Shown: one piece after another, positions 58,159 to 64,000 of the stretch
Layout of the letters: each line of letters opens with the position of its first letter
Numbering within the stretch: the stretch's first letter is position 1
Assembly: GCA_965279515.1 (NCBI GenBank)
Contig: CBDIID010000003.1
Span: 3,776,001-3,840,000 of the forward strand
Reading direction: 5' to 3'
Source of the DNA: Turneriella sp.
Lineage (GTDB): Bacteria > Spirochaetota > Leptospiria > Turneriellales > Turneriellaceae
Length of the DNA: 64,000 nt
The notes under the pieces: model-generated
Databases searched by the model: none
What the model saw: only the letters and a program-made list of their open reading frames with translations
Told to the model about the DNA's origin: nothing
Translations under genes and position numbers: made by a program

Positions 58159-59610
58159 TTGCTCTGCCTTAGCAAAGGCGGATTTATGCTTTCGGCAATT
58201 AGCTCTTTCTCAACATCGGTTTTTTCCCGTACTGCGGGCAGATGGCTCTTGCGCCTCAGCTGGCTTTACCTTTTGGTGCCCGCGATTCTCTGGGGTGAAG
58301 ACAAAAAGCCGCCCGCGTTCAACGCCGAAGAGGCGGTGAAGACACTGCGCGGTGAAACCGACCTCGTCTGGCTAATCATCGCCGGCACTCTCGTATTTTT
58401 TATGCAGGCAGGTTTTGCCTATGTCGAGACGGGTTTTTCGCGGAAGAAAAACGCCGTGAATATTCTGATGAAGAATACCTCCGACTTCCTGGTCGGCTCC
58501 CTGGGTTTCTGGGTGATTGGTTTTGCGTTCATGTTCGGGCCGCAGCTGATTCAGGGTTTCGGTTTCGGAAAGCCCATGTTCGGTGACAAACTGCTCGAAG
58601 GGCCTGACGGTAAGCCGATTGCCTTCAATTATGCTTTCCTGTTTTTCCAGATGGTGTTCGCTGGCACCTCGGCGACCATCGTTTCGGGCGCGATGGCCGA
58701 ACGCACGAAGTTCATTTCTTACGTTGTTTTTTCTTTGATCTGTAGTTCTTTTATCTATCCTGTTTTTGGCAGCCTGGTCTGGTCAAACCTGTTCGACGCG
58801 AAAAATGTCGGCTATCTCGCGCAGAAGGGTTTTATCGACTTCGCCGGTTCGACCGTCGTACATTCGATCGGCGGCTGGATGGGCCTTGCGGGTACGATTG
58901 CGCTCGGTGCGCGCATAGGCAAGTTCGGCGCGAAGCACGAGGTGAAGCCGATCCTGGGTCACAACATGAGCATGTCGGTGCTCGGTATGTTCATTCTCTG
59001 GTTCGGCTGGTTTGGTTTTAATCCCGGTTCGACCGGTGTCGTCAAAGACGGGGCGTTTGCGATTATCGCCATCACGACGAACATGGCTGCCTGTGCGGGT
59101 GGTGTCACTGCCATCATCACATCCTGGATTCTTTTCAAGCGTCCCGATGTGAGCATGGTTGTCAACGGTGTGCTGGGCGGCCTTGTTGCGATCACGGCGG
59201 GTTGTAACAATGTCGATCCGAAAGGCGCAGTCGCGATCGGCGGCATTGCCGGCGTGCTCGTCGTCTATGGTGTTTTACTTTTAGATTGGCTGAAGATCGA
59301 CGATCCCGTAGGTGCAGTCTCTGTTCACGGCCTGTGCGGCGCGTGGGGTACGATTGCCGTGGGTCTCTTTGCTAACCCGAACTATGGCGGCGGGCCTGCC
59401 GGTCTTTTCTACGGCGGCGGCGCGGCGCAGTTAGGAGTTCAATCCCTGGGCGCGGGTTTGGCGTTTGCCTGGGCTTTTCCCGCTTCGCTGATTGTTTTCT
59501 ACACGATGAAATGGGTTCCGTTCATCGGCCTGCGGGTTCCTGAGTCTGAAGAGATTGAAGGCCTCGACATTATCGAGCACGGTATCGAGGCCTACCCCGA
59601 AGAGACCTGA
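58159..59610 (+). CDS. amt: Ammonium transporter
   Basis: FMQAGF, DFAGSTVVH, WFGWFGFNPGS, DDPVGAVSVHG. Confidence 0.96.
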   Translation: MLCLSKGGFMLSAISSFSTSVFSRTAGRWLLRLSWLYLLVPAILWGEDKKPPAFNAEEAVKTLRGETDLVWLIIAGTLVFFMQAGFAYVETGFSRKKNAVNILMKNTSDFLVGSLGFWVIGFAFMFGPQLIQGFGFGKPMFGDKLLEGPDGKPIAFNYAFLFFQMVFAGTSATIVSGAMAERTKFISYVVFSLICSSFIYPVFGSLVWSNLFDAKNVGYLAQKGFIDFAGSTVVHSIGGWMGLAGTIALGARIGKFGAKHEVKPILGHNMSMSVLGMFILWFGWFGFNPGSTGVVKDGAFAIIAITTNMAACAGGVTAIITSWILFKRPDVSMVVNGVLGGLVAITAGCNNVDPKGAVAIGGIAGVLVVYGVLLLDWLKIDDPVGAVSVHGLCGAWGTIAVGLFANPNYGGGPAGLFYGGGAAQLGVQSLGAGLAFAWAFPASLIVFYTMKWVPFIGLRVPESEEIEGLDIIEHGIEAYPEET

Positions 59611-60153
59611 TCACGGGCACTTGTTAATGATGGAGACGGTGTTTCCCGGTGCCTCGCCGATGGGAGCGATCGACAACATGAGCGATGGTTTCCCTGCCTC
59701 GGCGGCGCATTTTTGAAACTCGAATGCACCGCCGTGGGCATCGTTCTTTTTGAATTTTCCGATCTTAATACCGAAAATGGTTTTGCCGGTGTAGAACTTG
59801 ATTAGTGCGGCGCGATCTCTGGCTTCAATCTTATCGCCGTTTTTAGCGTCGCGGCCGCCAGGGACCATCATATAGGTATCCACACTGAAGCTACCGTCGG
59901 GATATTTATTGATGGTGACTTCTTTGATACCCTTGTAGATGGGGAATTTTTGCCCACCGAAGACGGCAATGCCCTTGCTGACCGGCACAGTTTCCATTTG
60001 CGATTCCTGTGCGGAAACCGCAAAGAGGAGGGCAAGCATGGGTATCGCGCAAAAAAACGCATAGTTCTTTTTCATTTTTGTTCCTTCGATATCTGCATAC
60101 TTAGTGGTGTCATGCCCCTTGGCTCCGTCAACGGGAATATGGCGTGAAGGCAT
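59611..60153 (-). CDS. Hypothetical exported protein
   Basis: Signal peptide after MKKNY; real start probably internal. Confidence 0.6.
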   Translation of the reverse strand: MPSRHIPVDGAKGHDTTKYADIEGTKMKKNYAFFCAIPMLALLFAVSAQESQMETVPVSKGIAVFGGQKFPIYKGIKEVTINKYPDGSFSVDTYMMVPGGRDAKNGDKIEARDRAALIKFYTGKTIFGIKIGKFKKNDAHGGAFEFQKCAAEAGKPSLMLSIAPIGEAPGNTVSIINKCP

Positions 60154-60199
60154 TTAATTTTCTTTACAAGATAGCCGTATTATGTCACATCTGCCCTGA

Positions 60200-60979
60200 G
60201 TGATTTTACGACATCTGATTTTTTTATCTCTGGCAGCCACCATGGGCTGCGAAGTCAAGAGCTGCTACGAAGAAGCTAAGGAAAAACATCTCAATAAACG
60301 TTATGGCAACCGCGCCGCGGATAAAGGCCAGCTCGCCGACTGGGAAAAAGAGATCGCGGGGTATGAAAAAATTATCAACGAAAAAGTCGATGCCGGTATC
60401 AAGACCGGTAAAGTCTACCGTAAACTGGGGGAATCCTACGCATTGATGGAGAGTTATGAACTCTGCATCAAAAACCTCGACAAAGCCCTCGAATACGGCG
60501 AGGTCGTCGCTGACGTGTTCTACTGGCAGGGCCTCTGCAACGCCAACCTCGCGCGCGTCAATAACTGGCAGGCGGAGTACGCCAAGCGCGCAGAGCAGAG
60601 TTTCCTCAAGGCATTAAATCTCGACAAAACGATGAACAAGGTGAAGTACGAGCTCGCCGTCATGTATTATGTCGGGTTTGCGCGCAATAACCAGTACCGT
60701 GTGCTCTCCGATACCCTGACGGTCTCACAGCAGCAGTTCCAGGATAAGGCGATCGAGCTGATGAAAGAATTCAAAGAGGCTGAACCCGATCAGGCCAAGG
60801 CATATTTTTTCTTATCAGGATTGTACAAGGAGCGTGGCGAAATGGGCGAAGCAAAACGTGAACTGACAGATTTGATACGGCAGATCGAGAAGAATAACGC
60901 GGCGGGTGCAAAACGTAATCTGGATTACACCCGTGCGCAGGACTATCTGAAGAGTTTCGAGGTGCCGCCGAAACCCTGA
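60200..60979 (+). CDS. TPR-containing lipoprotein
   Basis: Lipobox-like Cys; TPR-like helical repeats. Confidence 0.72.
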   Translation: MILRHLIFLSLAATMGCEVKSCYEEAKEKHLNKRYGNRAADKGQLADWEKEIAGYEKIINEKVDAGIKTGKVYRKLGESYALMESYELCIKNLDKALEYGEVVADVFYWQGLCNANLARVNNWQAEYAKRAEQSFLKALNLDKTMNKVKYELAVMYYVGFARNNQYRVLSDTLTVSQQQFQDKAIELMKEFKEAEPDQAKAYFFLSGLYKERGEMGEAKRELTDLIRQIEKNNAAGAKRNLDYTRAQDYLKSFEVPPKP

Positions 60980-60984
60980 TGCTG

Positions 60985-61773
60985 TTACGGCACGCTGGTT
61001 TCGGTCTGCGGTACACGGCCCTCAGGCAAAGACGAGTCTTTGTAAGAACGCGCCTGGCTTTTGCCCGAAAGAATAATGACATCTATACGGCGATTCAGCG
61101 CGCGCGCTTCCGGGGTTCCCGATTGCGTGAGCTGACGCGTTTTGCCGAAAGTCGCGGCTGAAAGTTTTTCCGCCGGCACTTCGTTTTTCTCTTCGAGAAA
61201 GCGGAGTGCGTTGATAGCGCGCTGCGCGGCGAGTTCCCATGCCGATTCGTAAAATTCACCCGCTGGCCGCGCGGTGAGTTCGTCGTCGGCATAACCTTCG
61301 ATGCGCGTGTATGAATTCATACGCCCGAGTACGTCGGAGATTTTCGTGAGGATAGTGCGTCCCTGTTCCGTGAGCTTGGCCGAACCCGGTGCGAAATAAC
61401 CGTCGCCGATGAGGCTGATGACGATGCCGCGCTCTTCTTCGCTGATCTTGACTTTTTTCTTTTTGATTTCGTCTTCGAAGATCTGCTTAACCTGGAACTT
61501 CTCTTTAGACTGAACCTTGCCCTTAACTTCGGCAGGCATCGCCTCTACGGTAAGCCCCATGTCTTCGAGTTTTTGTTTCGAGAGTGTGTTACCACCGGGC
61601 ATGATACCGCGCGCGCCCTGGAAAGGCGAGAGCATGATGCGCATTTCAGAAATTTTGATCGGCGCAGGCGGCTGGTAGATGGCGATAAAAAAGCAGAGAA
61701 TCAGGGTAATAAAGTCCCCATATGTCGCCATGTAGCGGGGAACTTCCTGGACACAATCGGGGCACTTGGCCAT
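60985..61773 (-). CDS. motB: Flagellar stator MotB / OmpA-domain protein
   Basis: ATYGDFITLILCFF plug Asp; WELAAQRA, NRRIDV. Confidence 0.9.
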   Translation of the reverse strand: MAKCPDCVQEVPRYMATYGDFITLILCFFIAIYQPPAPIKISEMRIMLSPFQGARGIMPGGNTLSKQKLEDMGLTVEAMPAEVKGKVQSKEKFQVKQIFEDEIKKKKVKISEEERGIVISLIGDGYFAPGSAKLTEQGRTILTKISDVLGRMNSYTRIEGYADDELTARPAGEFYESAWELAAQRAINALRFLEEKNEVPAEKLSAATFGKTRQLTQSGTPEARALNRRIDVIILSGKSQARSYKDSSLPEGRVPQTETSVP

Positions 61774-61775
61774 GT

Positions 61776-62573
61776 TTAATTGCCGCCACCTTCCGCTTCA
61801 CGTTGTTTGATGAGAACTTCGCGCGATGCCGGATCGACAAAGCACAGGAGTTTATCCATAATAACTTTCGGGTTTTCACCCGCCTGGATCGACATCACGC
61901 CTTCGAGCAGCATGTTCATCAGCGTGACCTCGTCACCGGTACGGCTTTTTAACTTGTTGGTCGTGGGCATGGCGATGACGTTCGCAAGGAACGATCCGTA
62001 TAAAGTCGTAATAAGGGCCGCGGCCATCGCCTTACCGAGACCAGAGGTATCACCACCGAGGTTCGCGAGCATCCCCACGAGACCGATGAGGGTACCGAGC
62101 ATACCGAACGCCGGACCCATGAGGGCGAGCATGTCGAAGAAGTTACGGCCGCCGCCGTGGCGCGCTTCGAGGGCTTCGATTTCAATGCGCATAACGCGTT
62201 TGGCGATTTCAGGGTCGGTACCGTCGATAATCATCTGCAGCGCTTTGGTGAGAAATTTACTGTCGAGCTTGTCGACATGGTCTTCGAGAGCGAGAATGCC
62301 TTCGCGGCGTGCGATTTCTGAGAGCGACACGATCTGGAGAACATAACGGTTGATATCGATATTGTTTTTCAGCCAGGCCAGTTTATAGATCTTATGGACC
62401 TGCATGGAAAGTTCCCAGGGGTTCTGCATCATCGTCGTGGCAAACGCTCCCCCGAAGGTAATAAAGATCGAGGCTAAGTCATAGAGAGCGCCCCAGGCAA
62501 CACCCGAGGATTCGACCCCAAGTATGAGGACGCCCATGGCAATGCCAAAACCGAACATATATCCCTTATCCAT
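61776..62573 (-). CDS. motA: Flagellar stator MotA
   Basis: ARREGILALE, PAFGMLGTLIGL, ALITTLYG. Confidence 0.93.
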   Translation of the reverse strand: MDKGYMFGFGIAMGVLILGVESSGVAWGALYDLASIFITFGGAFATTMMQNPWELSMQVHKIYKLAWLKNNIDINRYVLQIVSLSEIARREGILALEDHVDKLDSKFLTKALQMIIDGTDPEIAKRVMRIEIEALEARHGGGRNFFDMLALMGPAFGMLGTLIGLVGMLANLGGDTSGLGKAMAAALITTLYGSFLANVIAMPTTNKLKSRTGDEVTLMNMLLEGVMSIQAGENPKVIMDKLLCFVDPASREVLIKQREAEGGGN

Positions 62574-62667
62574 GTTATCTCATTTATGTTCGGCGGATAG
62601 AATAGCACCTTTGAGGCTTTTTTTATAAAGTGGTTGAAGCGGCGGCGCTTTTTGCCGGTTTTGTGCG

Positions 62668-63297
62668 ATGACAACAACAGCGACGGATGCCCCCCGCAGC
62701 GGCATCCCCAAATCGATGGGCGTCTTGCTCATCATCTTTGCTTCGATTTACCTTTTAGGTTCACTGTTCAGCGCCGCGACTGCCTTTCTCGGTGGTTCGT
62801 TCATGGATGCGCTGCCGGGCCTCAAGGGTGCGATTCCCAAGCTCGAAGAATCGGGCATTAACCTCGAAAAAATTCTCTCACAGCTCAAGCCCATGTACAT
62901 GCTGCAGGGCGGCGAAAAACTCGCGACCGCGGCGATCTCGGGTTTTGGCATTTTCGCCGGAGTTAAGCTCGTGCAGTATTCTGCACCCGGCCTGCGCCTC
63001 GCGGTTTGGTGGGCCATTTCTGCCCTCGGTTATCTGGTGATCGAAATCATGATTTTTTTCATCTTTTTGCAGCCGCTGCTGAATAAGTTCTTTAAAACCA
63101 TTACCGACCAGGTAGGGCCATTACTCGGGAAAGACAAGGCCGGGCTCGATATTCTCATGGGCATTGCCGGTAATGCCGGAGCAGGTGGTGTCATCGCCGG
63201 CGCCGTCTTCATGGCGGTTTTTCCGGTGCTGATGATTGCACTGATGAATACCAGCGCCGCACGCAAAGCGTGCGGTGTCGATAAGATCTTCGGCTAA
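62668..63297 (+). CDS. Hypothetical membrane protein
   Basis: Four TM segments. Confidence 0.72.
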   Translation: MTTTATDAPRSGIPKSMGVLLIIFASIYLLGSLFSAATAFLGGSFMDALPGLKGAIPKLEESGINLEKILSQLKPMYMLQGGEKLATAAISGFGIFAGVKLVQYSAPGLRLAVWWAISALGYLVIEIMIFFIFLQPLLNKFFKTITDQVGPLLGKDKAGLDILMGIAGNAGAGGVIAGAVFMAVFPVLMIALMNTSAARKACGVDKIFG

Positions 63298-63650
63298 GCC
63301 GCGCGCGTCTTGCGTTCGAAGACCCAGGACGTTGCGAGGAGAGCGAAAGCGAGCAGTACCATAACGACGCTTGTCTGCGTCTGTATGTGGGCAATCAGCG
63401 CAAGGGTGAAATTGAAGAAAAATCCTGCATAGGCCCATTCGCGCAAGGTTGTGAATCTGCGCACGAGCAGCGCGGCGACGCCGAGAATCTTCGCCGTGGC
63501 GAGAATGGCGGGCAGGTACGGGGGATATCCCAACATCTGGAAGCCTTTCGACATTTCAGAGAATTTCGTGATGTACATTGTCGCCGACAACAACATCAGG
63601 CCGCTCAGCAATAAAGTGGCGGTATAGTAGATAATTTTGTTAGTTTTCAT
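63294..63650 (-). CDS. DoxX-like family protein
   Basis: LGYP.Y...AKILG...LREWAYAG. Confidence 0.88.
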   Translation of the reverse strand: MKTNKIIYYTATLLLSGLMLLSATMYITKFSEMSKGFQMLGYPPYLPAILATAKILGVAALLVRRFTTLREWAYAGFFFNFTLALIAHIQTQTSVVMVLLAFALLATSWVFERKTRAA

Positions 63651-63665
63651 ACTCAGGCAAGTTAA

Positions 63666-63687
63666 ACCGTGGAGTATACCCAAGGGT
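63666..63687. promoter_or_regulatory. MerR-type operator palindrome
   Basis: accgtggagtatacccaagggt between divergent doxX and merR-like genes. Confidence 0.6.
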
Positions 63688-63694
63688 CCAGAAA

Positions 63695-64000
63695 ATGTTA
63701 ATAGGCAAGTTGGCAAAGGCGACGAAAACATCGCACGACACAATACGTTATTATGAGAGCCTGGGGTTACTCGAAGCGCCGCCGCGGCCGAACCGCTTCA
63801 ATAACTATAAAGACTATCCGGAGAGCAATGTCGAGAGGATCAGCTTCATACGCGAGATGCAGTCCTATGGTTTCACGCTGCGTGAAATTGCCGAACTGAT
63901 GCGCCTGTCGAAAAAAGAGAATTTTACCTGTAGTTCAGCGGCCGGGGTACTTGAGGCAAAAGTCCGGGACATGGACGATGACATCCGTCAGCTGCAAAGC
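63695..64000 (+). CDS. MerR-family regulator (runs off the window; not in ORF track)
   Basis: Manual translation MLIGKLAKATKTSHDTIRYYESLGLL...NNYKDY...YGFTLREI. Confidence 0.88.
   Translation, partial: MLIGKLAKATKTSHDTIRYYESLGLLEAPPRPNRFNNYKDYPESNVERISFIREMQSYGFTLREIAELMRLSKKENFTCSSAAGVLEAKVRDMDDDIRQLQS

Overview
The window has two parts. (1) Positions 1-29401 hold an integron-like gene-cassette array that continues off the left edge. It has 15 attC-like elements (one partial, 14 complete, 188-217 bp from AAC to GTT, with covarying arms and branched internal hairpins) separating 15 cassettes. Canonical polarity is on the minus strand, a candidate attI lies at about 29399-29440, and no integrase gene is visible in the window. 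The array is atypical. Every cassette has its own 16-22 bp terminal inverted repeat with an invariant G/T mismatch at position 11 (15 of 15). Eight cassettes share a non-coding scaffold with GGA-loop hairpins at both ends. Three scaffold cassettes carry 2.5-9 kb multi-gene, chromosome-like cargo between direct repeats of a ~95-bp module (one pair is 95/95 identical), and two of them have a gene truncated at a module junction. This may be a gene-capture or cassette-building system nested in the array; that reading is inference and its novelty is unverified. (2) Positions 29518-64000 are ordinary, GC-richer chromosome: P450, a signalling cluster, trpD, NupC, icd, acyl-CoA dehydrogenase, ilvN, a cobalamin-riboswitch operon, amt, motAB and a MerR/DoxX pair. 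Gene content suggests a Leptospiraceae spirochaete (Turneriella-like), which is also inference.
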